Shown: positions 1-6,028, counted from the first letter of the stretch. The stretch is DNA of 50,993 bases from an uncultured Clostridia bacterium (GCA_905235795.1 CAJOMS010000002.1:1-50993); one strand, 5' to 3'. The notes: generated by a model not told the origin, from the letters alone. Translations and numbers: made by a program.

Positions 1-588
1 GTTAGCGTCGCTTATACCGTAATCAACCACTTTGCCAAACGTAGCGCAGGTGATTTTCGGGCCTTCGCCTTCCGCAGAAACTATCGCTCCGCCCGCACCC
101 GTTACGGTCCATTGCGCCTGAGGCGGTCTGATTGCCCCGAATTCGAGCGGATACCTATACTGCCTCTCAGCCGTAGCAAAATGACTGCCGGTCGCAACGA
201 CAACGTTTTTCATATATCCGCCGTCAGCAAGGGCAGCGGCAAGAGCCAACCCTTCCGTGTAGGTAGAGCAGGCGTTGTAAACGCCTATATAAGGTATATT
301 AAAATCTCTCGCTGCAAAACTTGCCGATACTATCTGATTGAGCAGATCTCCGGAAATTATTGCGTCGATATCGGATTTTTTATAACCGTTTTCGGCTATA
401 ACGTTTTCTATCGCGGTAGAAAGCATTTTACACTCCGCCTTCTCGAACGTCTTTTCTCCGAAATAGTCGTTCTGAATTTTTAAGTCGATATATTTTCCGA
501 TAGGGCCCTCACTCTCTTTCGGTCCGGCTGCGGCATACGTTGCCGCCAAGACCGGCCTGTTTTTAAAATGTATTGTCGCTTTACCCAT
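1..588 (-). CDS. spoVAD: Stage V sporulation protein AD (SpoVAD), N-terminal 196 aa; the 3' end runs off the window
   Basis: It is absent from the ORF track because it is open to position 1. My translation from ATG 588 on the minus strand reads MGKATIHFKNRPVLAATYAAAGPKESEGPIGKYIDLKIQNDYFGEKTFEKAE...GVYNACSTYTEGLALAAALADGG, which is the thiolase/KAS-III-like SpoVAD pattern. An AAGGTGA SD lies 5 nt upstream. It follows spoVAC, as in clostridial spoVA operons. Confidence 0.85.
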   Translation of the reverse strand, partial: MGKATIHFKNRPVLAATYAAAGPKESEGPIGKYIDLKIQNDYFGEKTFEKAECKMLSTAIENVIAENGYKKSDIDAIISGDLLNQIVSASFAARDFNIPYIGVYNACSTYTEGLALAAALADGGYMKNVVVATGSHFATAERQYRYPLEFGAIRPPQAQWTVTGAGGAIVSAEGEGPKITCATFGKVVDYGISDAN

Positions 589-605
589 TTTTCACCTTGA
601 ATTCA

Positions 606-644
606 CTATTATGTCACACATAATTTATATTAAAATCACTTATA
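606..644. repeat. 39-bp intergenic motif, copy A (34/39 identical to 47069..47107); contains the near-palindrome TTATGTC-A-CACATAA
   Basis: Direct base-by-base comparison of the two copies. The shared blocks are CTATTATGTCA, ACATAA and TTAAAATCACTTATA. Confidence 0.7.
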
Positions 645-656
645 TTACCTATGATT

Positions 657-1118
657 TTATAACAATCCCACAAAATAATATATAAGTCCTACCGCCACGG
701 AGGAAACAACGCCGAAAACTATAATCGGGCCGGCAATTACGAACATTTTTGCGGCTAGACCGTAAATAAATCCCTCGCTTTTAAACTCCATGGCAGGCGC
801 TACGACCGAGTTTGCAAAGCCTGTTATCGGGACGATGGATCCCCCGCCGGCATACTTACCTATCCTGTCATACACGCCAACGCCCGTTAAAAGCGCGCTT
901 AAAAAAATGAGTATCATAGATACGCTGCCGGCAAGTTCGTCTCCGTCAAGCCCAAACAGAAATTGGAGCATATACCTCAAAAATTGCCCGATAACGCAAA
1001 TCCCTCCGCCGACGAAAAAAGCGTCGACCAGACTTCTTATTTCGTTGGTCTTGGGCGAAATTTCCGAGACGAATTCGACGTACGCCTTATTTACCGAAAC
1101 GTTCTTTTTATCTGCCAT
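657..1118 (-). CDS. spoVAC: Stage V sporulation protein AC (SpoVAC)
   Basis: 153 aa multi-pass membrane protein. The N-terminus ...YVEFVSEISPKTNEIRSLVDAFFVGGGICVIGQ... and the GGSIVPITGFANSV motif are typical of SpoVAC. A GGAGG SD lies 7 nt upstream. It lies between sigF and spoVAD. Confidence 0.9.
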   Translation of the reverse strand: MADKKNVSVNKAYVEFVSEISPKTNEIRSLVDAFFVGGGICVIGQFLRYMLQFLFGLDGDELAGSVSMILIFLSALLTGVGVYDRIGKYAGGGSIVPITGFANSVVAPAMEFKSEGFIYGLAAKMFVIAGPIIVFGVVSSVAVGLIYYFVGLL

Positions 1119-1231
1119 TATAAACCTCCGTTTCCTTCCTTCTTATTTCCTTTTCGTCCGCATTGTTTATTAACGGATCGTTCCTTAAAATTTTTATTTG
1201 CATTTTTTGCCTCATAAACAAATATGGGCAA

Positions 1232-1274
1232 ATAAAAAAAATTTAAAACAAAGGAGCGAAATTTTCGCTCCTTT
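1232..1274 (-). terminator. Rho-independent terminator after sigF
   Basis: The minus strand reads AAAGGAGCG-AAAATTT-CGCTCCTTT followed by GTTTTAAATTTTTTTTATTT. It starts at the sigF stop codon. Confidence 0.65.
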
Positions 1275-1993
1275 CACATAAAACTTTTTAATTTTTCGAT
1301 TATTTTATTTTCAAGTCTTGAAACCTGCACCTGCGAAACGCCCAATTCCGCAGCTATTTCGCTCTGCGTTTTGTCTCTGAAATATCGCAAAATAATAATT
1401 TTTTTATCTCTTTCGGGCAACTTTTCGATAAAACTTTTAAGCATAATTTTATCTATCAGCTCGTCCTGATCGTCGTTTGAGGCAAGTCTGTCCATAAGTT
1501 CGAAGCTACCTTCGTCCTCGTCGTCCTCACTGCTGTTTAACGAGAGCGGGTATTTGGAAGAATCCATCGCAAATATCACGTCTTCCTTTTCGACGTTGAA
1601 ATGAGAAGCAATTTCCTCTATCGACGGCGAACAACTGTTTTTTACGCGATATTCTTCCGTGTAATTTTTTATTTTTAAGGCAAGCGTTTTTATCGCGCGG
1701 GAAACCTTTATTGCCCCGTCGTCGCGCATATACCTCTTGATCTCGCCAATTATCATAGGAACGGCATAGGTTGAAAACATAACGTCGTAATTCTCGTCAA
1801 AATTTTTCACAGCTTTTAAAAAGCCCATACAACCGAGCTGATACAAATCGTCGTATTCAACGCCCTTTCCTATAAATCTTTTTACAATACTTTTAATTAA
1901 ATTAGTATTATTGACAAGAAGAATTTCTTTAGCTTGTTCGTCGCCGTTTTTTGCTTTACGAATATATTCTAAAGTCTGTTCGGGTTTAAGCAT
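1274..1993 (-). CDS. sigF: RNA polymerase sporulation sigma factor SigF (SpoIIAC)
   Basis: Sigma-70 family regions 2-4 are present (DLYQLGCMGFLKAVKNFD, STYAVPMIIGEIKRYMRD, SQSEIAAELGVSQVQVSRLE). It follows spoIIAA-spoIIAB. I chose ATG 1993 (MLKPEQTLEYIRKAKNGD), which overlaps the spoIIAB stop as ATGCTTAA. The ORF-track start at 2038 is probably too far upstream. Confidence 0.92.
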   Translation of the reverse strand: MLKPEQTLEYIRKAKNGDEQAKEILLVNNTNLIKSIVKRFIGKGVEYDDLYQLGCMGFLKAVKNFDENYDVMFSTYAVPMIIGEIKRYMRDDGAIKVSRAIKTLALKIKNYTEEYRVKNSCSPSIEEIASHFNVEKEDVIFAMDSSKYPLSLNSSEDDEDEGSFELMDRLASNDDQDELIDKIMLKSFIEKLPERDKKIIILRYFRDKTQSEIAAELGVSQVQVSRLENKIIEKLKSFM

Positions 1994-2459
1994 CGTTCCC
2001 CCAAGAATTACCGATTTCTTCGGCATCGATACCCGCATTGAAAAATTTAATCATCTCCACCACGGTACCTTCGCCCGGTTTGGAAAGAACTTTAACGTCG
2101 TCCATAAACGCCTTCATAACGGTAAAACCCATACCGGAACGCTCTTCCTCCGGGCGCGTGGTAAAAAACGGTTCTACGGCCTTTGCAACGTCTTCAATGC
2201 CCTTTCCCGAATCGGTTATTTTAATATGTATGCGATTGCCCGACGTTTCCGCCTCAACGCTAACGATGCCGACGCCTTTAGGATACGCGTGGACTATACA
2301 ATTTGTTACCGCCTCGGAAACGGCCGTCTTTACGTCGTTCAACTCGGATATAGTAGGGTTAAGAGGCAGACAAAATGCCTGAATGCAGCTTCTCGCAAAA
2401 GGTTCGTTTTCCGAAATACTTGTGAATTTCAGCGACATATTATTGGTTTTTTCGTTCAT
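1986..2459 (-). CDS. spoIIAB: Anti-sigma F factor / serine kinase SpoIIAB
   Basis: GHKL-type kinase motifs are present (VSEAVTNCIVHAY, DSGKGIEDV, SGMGF). The N-terminus resembles B. subtilis SpoIIAB (..LKFTSISENEPFAR). I chose the start at 2459 because AAGGA lies 7 nt upstream. Starts at 2486 or 2477 are alternatives. Confidence 0.9.
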   Translation of the reverse strand: MNEKTNNMSLKFTSISENEPFARSCIQAFCLPLNPTISELNDVKTAVSEAVTNCIVHAYPKGVGIVSVEAETSGNRIHIKITDSGKGIEDVAKAVEPFFTTRPEEERSGMGFTVMKAFMDDVKVLSKPGEGTVVEMIKFFNAGIDAEEIGNSWGNDA

Positions 2460-2489
2460 TTTTATATCCTTATTCATTATTAACATCCC

Positions 2490-2801
2490 TTATGATACCT
2501 TAGGCATAATTTCGTAAATTCCGCTCAATTCCAAAACTTTTTCGATACTTACGGGCGGACTTTCGATGAAACATTGAATTGAAAACTTTTTCAATCTTTT
2601 ATATCTACCGATCAAAAACCCCAGCCCCGTGCTATCCATAAAAGTAAGATTTTCAAGATTGAATATTACGAATTTGCATTGAAGATATTGATCCAACATA
2701 TTATCCAGCAAGTTGCGCATAGATCTGGAAGAATACTCGTCGAGTTCACCATATAAATACACGTACAACTTACCTGAAACATTTTTAAACTTGATCTCCA
2801 T
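2490..2801 (-). CDS. spoIIAA: Anti-anti-sigma factor SpoIIAA (STAS domain)
   Basis: STAS fold with the phosphorylatable-Ser motif FMDSTGLG. ATG 2801 (MEIKFKNVSGKL) has a GGAGA SD 6 nt upstream. It is the first gene of the spoIIA operon. Confidence 0.88.
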   Translation of the reverse strand: MEIKFKNVSGKLYVYLYGELDEYSSRSMRNLLDNMLDQYLQCKFVIFNLENLTFMDSTGLGFLIGRYKRLKKFSIQCFIESPPVSIEKVLELSGIYEIMPKVS

Positions 2802-2978
2802 TTTTTCTCCTTCCGGCAAGCTTTTTGTAAGCGTATTTAATTGTAGCAAAGCAGCATTTAAAAATTATGTAAAGAAAAAAAGAAGAAGGTCGAAAATTAT
2901 CGAAAACGCCTGACTAGCTAACTTTTGGACCTGCAAAAAAAATTTCAAAAAAAATTTAGAAAAAGTGATAAAAAACAG

Positions 2979-3007
2979 TTGCATTATTTCGCAAATTCTG
3001 TTATATT
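2979..3007 (+). promoter_or_regulatory. Sigma-A-type promoter of the six-tRNA operon
   Basis: TTGCAT (2979-2984), a 17-nt spacer, then TATATT (3002-3007), about 45 nt upstream of tRNA-Pro. Confidence 0.6.
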
Positions 3008-3053
3008 ATATAAGCATTGTGATTGCAATCCGAACGCAACGTTCTAAATGCAA

Positions 3054-3130
3054 CGGGGTGTAGCGCAGTTTGGTAGCGCACGTGGTTTGGGACCATGGGG
3101 CCGGGAGTTCGAGTCTCTTCACCCCGACCA
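3054..3130 (+). tRNA. tRNA-Pro (anticodon TGG)
   Basis: Hand-folded cloverleaf: acceptor CGGGGTG/CACCCCG, anticodon loop TTTGGGA, T-loop TTCGAGT, encoded CCA. Confidence 0.93.
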
Positions 3131-3147
3131 CAAATGCTATCTTATTC

Positions 3148-3224
3148 GGGCCTTTAGCTCAGTTGGTCAGAGCGGTCGGCTCATAACCGATTGGTCCGCG
3201 GTTCGAGTCCGTGAAGGCCCACCA
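3148..3224 (+). tRNA. tRNA with anticodon CAT (elongator Met or lysidine-modified Ile2; not initiator-like)
   Basis: Acceptor GGGCCTT/AAGGCCC, anticodon loop CTCATAA, T-loop TTCGAGT, encoded CCA. Met and Ile2 cannot be told apart by eye. Confidence 0.88.
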
Positions 3225-3234
3225 TTAATATTTT

Positions 3235-3311
3235 GGCCTGGTAGTTCAGCTGGTTAGAACGCTAGCCTGTCACGCTAGAGGTCGAGGGTTCGAGCCCCTT
3301 CCAGGTCGCCA
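3235..3311 (+). tRNA. tRNA-Asp (anticodon GTC)
   Basis: Acceptor GGCCTGG/CCAGGTC, anticodon loop CTGTCAC, T-loop TTCGAGC, discriminator G plus CCA. Confidence 0.93.
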
Positions 3312-3341
3312 CTTTCACCCCTCTATCACGGGGGTGTAGAT

Positions 3342-3417
3342 GCCTCGGTAGCTCAGTCGGTAGAGCAGGGGACTGAAAATCCCCGTGTCGGTGGTTCGAT
3401 TCCGCCCCGAGGCACCA
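3342..3417 (+). tRNA. tRNA-Phe (anticodon GAA)
   Basis: Acceptor GCCTCGG/CCGAGGC, anticodon loop CTGAAAA, T-loop TTCGATT, encoded CCA. Confidence 0.94.
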
Positions 3418-3438
3418 TCTTTATACCCGATACATTAC

Positions 3439-3514
3439 GCTGGCGTAGCTCAATAGGCAGAGCAGCTGATTTGTAATCAGCAGGTTGAGGGTTCGATTCC
3501 ATTCGCCAGCTCCA
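3439..3514 (+). tRNA. tRNA-Thr (anticodon TGT)
   Basis: Acceptor GCTGGCG/CGCCAGC, anticodon loop TTTGTAA, T-loop TTCGATT, encoded CCA. The T-stem GAGGG/CCATT has one G-A mismatch. Confidence 0.88.
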
Positions 3515-3520
3515 CAATAC

Positions 3521-3605
<85 letters not shown>

Positions 3606-3607
3606 TG

Positions 3608-3645
3608 AAAGAAACCTGATTTGTCTACCAAATCAGGTTTCTTTT
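3608..3645 (+). terminator. Rho-independent terminator of the tRNA operon
   Basis: Perfect 13-bp stem GAAACCTGATTTG/CAAATCAGGTTTC with a 5-nt loop, followed by TTTT. Confidence 0.85.
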
Positions 3646-3646
3646 A

Positions 3647-3824
3647 ATGATATCCGTTCCTCATCGGAACGGGTGATATATCTCCGGTATGATATCGCAC
3701 TCCGTGCGATGATATACGCTTCGCGTATGAAGGAACGGATATTATATCATATTGTGACGAAGGAGCAATATATCATGCTGCGCGTCAGCACGGTATATCA
3801 TATCGCCGCAAGGCGATATATCAT
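3647..3824. repeat. Array of eight ATGATAT heptamers (4 forward, 4 inverted) interleaved with short GC-rich hairpins
   Basis: Forward copies start at 3647, 3674 (gTGATAT), 3689 and 3709. ATATCAT copies start at 3744, 3770, 3795 and 3818. Hairpins lie at 3654-3672, 3694-3710, 3714-3728, 3777-3789 and 3800-3819. Confidence 0.65.
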
Positions 3825-3852
3825 TAACATTTATTCTGTTATTCGCTATAAT
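3824..3852 (+). promoter_or_regulatory. Candidate promoter of the four-helix-bundle/methyltransferase operon
   Basis: TTAACA (3824-3829), a 17-nt spacer, then TATAAT (3847-3852). The -10 box is the loop of the palindrome ATTCGC-TATAAT-GCGAAT (3841-3858). Confidence 0.45.
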
Positions 3853-3883
3853 GCGAATAGAGATCTTTCGGGGGAAAAAGTAA

Positions 3884-4246
3884 ATGCCGGATAACAAACT
3901 GCTAGATCTTTCTGTTGAGTTTGCGATTTCTGTAGTAAATCTTGCAGACAACATCAAGACGCCGAAAAGTTCATATTTGATCGATCAATTTGCACGCGCG
4001 GGAACATCTGTCGGCGCTAATATTCACGAAGCCCAATATGCACACAGTAAAGCGGATTTTATCGCTAAACTCGAAATTGCCCTAAAAGAATCAAATGAAA
4101 CAAGTTATTGGCTGAAGTTGATGTTTGAAACCGGAAGGATTGATGAAGAACAGTATAAAAACACCGAGAGATTATGCGGCAATATTCGCAGACTTCTGAT
4201 CGCCTCATGTTCTACTGCGAAAGGAATCGATAAAAATGGTCAATAA
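3884..4246 (+). CDS. Four-helix-bundle protein (23S rRNA intervening-sequence protein / Avd-like family)
   Basis: 120 aa and all-helical. The pattern ...LIDQFARAGTSVGANIHEAQYAHSKADFIAKLEIALKESNETSYWLKL... matches, from memory, the TIGR02436/PF05635 family. The DGR accessory protein Avd belongs to that family. Confidence 0.85.
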   Translation: MPDNKLLDLSVEFAISVVNLADNIKTPKSSYLIDQFARAGTSVGANIHEAQYAHSKADFIAKLEIALKESNETSYWLKLMFETGRIDEEQYKNTERLCGNIRRLLIASCSTAKGIDKNGQ

Positions 4247-4832
4247 TGTTTCAGCCCATTACGACTCATTGATCGATGAAAACAACGATTCTGTTTTTGA
4301 TCCCGAACCGTTAAAGATATACATGGAACGTTGGGATGGCGCCGCTTTTATTGATTTGTTAGACTTAAGTGTTAGCAAATCGGTGCTTGAGATAGGCGTT
4401 GGTACGGGCAGATTGGCAATACGTACCGCTCCTCTTTGCAGAACATTTACAGGAATTGATATATCAGGAAAAACTGTTGAAAAAGCAAAACAAAACTTAA
4501 AGAGATTCAACAACGTTACATTGATTCACGGTGATTTCAACACGTTTGATTTTTCCGAAAAATTTGATGTGATCTATTCCTCGTTAACTTTTATGCATTT
4601 TAATAACAAAGCCGATACGATCGCAAAGATCTATTCGTTGCTTGCTTCAAACGGAGCCTTTGTTTTATCAATCGATAAAAGCAAGAATAAGTATATTGAA
4701 TGTAACGGAAGAACTGTTGAGATATATCCGGATGATCCGGAAACAACAAAAACGCACTTGCACAATGCGGAATTTATTGTTGAAAGCGTGATAGAAACGG
4801 AAGCCGCTTATTTGTTTTCGGCAAAGAAATGA
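4236..4832 (+). CDS. Class I SAM-dependent methyltransferase
   Basis: Motif I VLEIGVGTGRL, post-I GIDIS, and motifs II/III around FDVIYSSLTFMH. The start overlaps the upstream stop by 11 nt, which suggests translational coupling. AAGGAA SD. Confidence 0.85.
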   Translation: MVNNVSAHYDSLIDENNDSVFDPEPLKIYMERWDGAAFIDLLDLSVSKSVLEIGVGTGRLAIRTAPLCRTFTGIDISGKTVEKAKQNLKRFNNVTLIHGDFNTFDFSEKFDVIYSSLTFMHFNNKADTIAKIYSLLASNGAFVLSIDKSKNKYIECNGRTVEIYPDDPETTKTHLHNAEFIVESVIETEAAYLFSAKK

Positions 4833-4841
4833 TTCTGTGGT

Positions 4842-4890
4842 GTACTTTTAGGCGCTTTTAGCTTGGATTTGTACCTTTTAGGCGCTCTTA
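4842..4890. repeat. Two direct copies of GTAC(C)TTTTAGGCGCT(T/C)TTA with a 29-bp period
   Basis: 4842-4860 and 4871-4890 differ by one indel and one mismatch. They lie immediately after the methyltransferase stop. Confidence 0.55.
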
Positions 4891-4895
4891 TACAA

Positions 4896-4937
4896 CAAAA
4901 GTGTTTACTTGCTAAAGTAGGCACTTTTGTTATTTTA
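4896..4937 (+). terminator. Probable terminator of the four-helix-bundle/methyltransferase operon
   Basis: Stem CAAAAGTG...CACTTTTG with further internal pairing, followed by TTATTTTAT. Confidence 0.5.
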
Positions 4938-4991
4938 TCGGGTTTTTCTTTAAAACCTCCCCGTTCTCTCGATTTTACGGTTTACAAACGC

Positions 4992-5026
4992 AAAAAAAGC
5001 CGCCGAAACAAAAATGTTCCCGCGAC
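4992..5026 (-). terminator. Rho-independent terminator of the DUF6442-like/XRE operon
   Basis: The minus strand reads GTCGCGGGAAC-ATTTTT-GTTTCGGCGGC (11-bp stem with one mismatch and two G-U pairs) followed by TTTTTTT. Confidence 0.6.
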
Positions 5027-5067
5027 CAATATAACTGCGCGCATTACTGATTTTAAAAGCGAATTCC

Positions 5068-5274
5068 TTAAAAGTAAAATATATCTTCAAACTTTTTATC
5101 CAATGCAATACATAAAAGCAAGGCTAATTTTGCCGTTGGTTCGTATTGCTCGGTTTCTATAGAGCTAATCGTGTTCCTTGAAACTCCCACAAGTTTTGCT
5201 AATTCTGCTTGAGATAGGTTCTTTTTTTTCCTTATATCGGCAAGATTGCTTTTAAGTCTTAATTCTTGATTCAT
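5068..5274 (-). CDS. Short XRE-family helix-turn-helix transcriptional regulator
   Basis: MNQELRLKSNLADIRKKKNLSQAELAKLVGVSRNTISSIETEQYEPTAKLALLLCIALDKKFEDIFYF is a classic about-68-aa Cro/C1 HTH. ATG 5274 overlaps the upstream stop as ATGA. Confidence 0.85.
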   Translation of the reverse strand: MNQELRLKSNLADIRKKKNLSQAELAKLVGVSRNTISSIETEQYEPTAKLALLLCIALDKKFEDIFYF

Positions 5275-5603
5275 CTTGGCATAACTCCATTTAATTGCAG
5301 AATCCATAAAACCAAAAACGCAATTGTACCCAATCCATAAATTAAGGAAAAAATTAATTCATGTGTTTTCCTTAACTGCAAATATTTAACTGAAAATGCT
5401 GTGGCTGCCATTGCAAATAAAACCATGTTTCCACCATAGTTGATATGATGAAACGTAAAACCTTCTACAACATCCCAAATAATAATCAAAAACAATCCTG
5501 TAAAATATGCAAAATAAGCTCCTTTCCTTTGGACATCTAAATCTGCAATATCTTTTCCCTTGTTTTCTTTTTGAGCTTTCAATAAAATTTCATTTTTGTT
5601 CAC
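5271..5603 (-). CDS. Small three-TM membrane protein that partners short XRE regulators (DUF6442-like)
   Basis: GTG 5603 is preceded by GGAGG at 8 nt. The N-terminus VNKNEILLKAQKENKGKD followed by hydrophobic helices resembles the family I recall as DUF6442. The longer ORF-track start at 5678 lacks an SD. Confidence 0.65.
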   Translation of the reverse strand: MNKNEILLKAQKENKGKDIADLDVQRKGAYFAYFTGLFLIIIWDVVEGFTFHHINYGGNMVLFAMAATAFSVKYLQLRKTHELIFSLIYGLGTIAFLVLWILQLNGVMPR

Positions 5604-5715
5604 TGTAAATACCTCCGAAAATATTTGCCAAGTTAACTTTGCAATTTTATTATATATTATGCCAAGTATACTTGTCAAGTGGTTTTACCCAAAAATTCAA
5701 AAAAATACTAACTCA

Positions 5716-5750
5716 TAAAAAAATGACCTTGATAATCTTATCAAAGTCAT
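5716..5750 (-). terminator. Rho-independent terminator of the short Val*-Gly tRNA operon
   Basis: The minus strand reads ATGACTTTGATA-AGAT-TATCAAGGTCAT (12-bp stem) followed by TTTTTTT. Confidence 0.8.
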
Positions 5751-5760
5751 TTTTCTGATA

Positions 5761-5835
5761 TGGAGCGGGAAACGAGATTCGAACTCGCGACGTTCACCTT
5801 GGCAAGGTGACGCTCTACCACTGAGCCATTCCCGC
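5761..5835 (-). tRNA. tRNA-Gly (anticodon GCC)
   Basis: Reverse complement GCGGGAATGGCTCAGTGGTAGAGCGTCACCTTGCCAAGGTGAACGTCGCGAGTTCGAATCTCGTTTCCCGCTCCA folds as a canonical cloverleaf. Confidence 0.95.
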
Positions 5836-5841
5836 ATATCG

Positions 5842-5905
5842 TGGTGGGAACAATAGGGACCCCCTGCTTGTAAGGCAGATGCTCTCCCAACTGAGCTATG
5901 CTCCC
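5842..5905 (-). pseudogene. tRNA-Val(TAC)-like gene lacking the 5' T-stem strand and T-loop (64 nt)
   Basis: Reverse complement GGGAGCATAGCTCAGTTGGGAGAGCATCTGCCTTACAAGCAGGGGGTC|CCTATTGTTCCCACCA. The acceptor, D-arm and anticodon arm are intact. Ten nt (ATAGGTTCGC) present in the copy at 12004..12077 are missing. Confidence 0.7.
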
Positions 5906-5924
5906 ACAACCAAATTGCTTATAT

Positions 5925-5953
5925 ATTCTAACAAATATTTTGATAAAATGCAA
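5925..5953 (-). promoter_or_regulatory. Sigma-A-type promoter of the short Val*-Gly tRNA operon
   Basis: The minus strand has TTGCAT (5953-5948), a 17-nt spacer, then TAGAAT (5930-5925), about 20 nt upstream of the tRNA-Val-like 5' end. Confidence 0.6.
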
Positions 5954-5984
5954 ACGTTTTTAACAGGTTTTTTAAAATTTACCA

Positions 5985-6018
5985 AAAAGTTTTTGCGGCG
6001 AAGAAAAATCTTCGCCGC
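5985..6018 (-). terminator. Terminator after the vWA lipoprotein gene
   Basis: Stem GCGGCGAAG-ATTTTT-CTTCGCCGC (9 bp, GC-rich) followed by AAAAACTTTTT on the minus strand. It is flanked by T-runs on both strands. Confidence 0.7.
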
Positions 6019-6028
6019 ATATCCGTTT

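Larger units (their letters stand above)
5760..5910. repeat. Copy 1 of the duplicated tRNA-Gly/tRNA-Val module (151 bp)
   Basis: Identical to 11922..12082 except for a 10-nt deletion (CGAACCTATG on the plus strand). Confidence 0.9.

Noticed and set aside
112-483. 123-aa plus-strand ORF at the start of the window
   Set aside because: It lies entirely antisense to the clearly recognisable spoVAD reading frame. It has no SD and low-complexity, Arg-rich composition typical of shadow ORFs.
603-650. Sigma-G promoter for spoVAD, because the minus strand reads CATAATA (the sigma-G -10 consensus)
   Set aside because: No GHATR-type -35 element lies at 17-18 nt. The same sequence recurs after the PBP gene, where a forespore promoter makes little sense. 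The motif is kept only as an unexplained repeat.
1119-1231. Sigma-F/G-type promoter for spoVAC, expected downstream of the sigF terminator
   Set aside because: I could not find a convincing -35/-10 pair with correct spacing by eye. No call was made rather than a forced one.
1911-2483. 190-aa plus-strand ORF
   Set aside because: It is antisense to spoIIAB and the sigF start, and is a shadow ORF.
3647-3824. Possible degenerate CRISPR array
   Set aside because: The repeats are only 7 nt, the spacing is irregular (15-27 bp), half of them are inverted, and there are no cas genes.
3673-3894. 73-aa ORF (GTG start) running through the heptamer array, with periodic IY/YHI residues
   Set aside because: The periodicity is simply the translated GATAT/ATATC repeats. 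There is no SD, it overlaps the predicted promoter, and it runs into the four-helix-bundle start. It is treated as non-coding.
3884-4832. Diversity-generating retroelement, because of the Avd-like gene
   Set aside because: There is no reverse transcriptase ORF, no template/variable repeat pair, and no target gene with a C-terminal variable region anywhere in the window.
5697-5953. ORFs 5697..5909 (-) and 5747..5953 (-); likewise 11629..11880 (-) and 11874..12062 (-)
   Set aside because: They overlap tRNA genes and their promoters and terminators, and are not credible as proteins.
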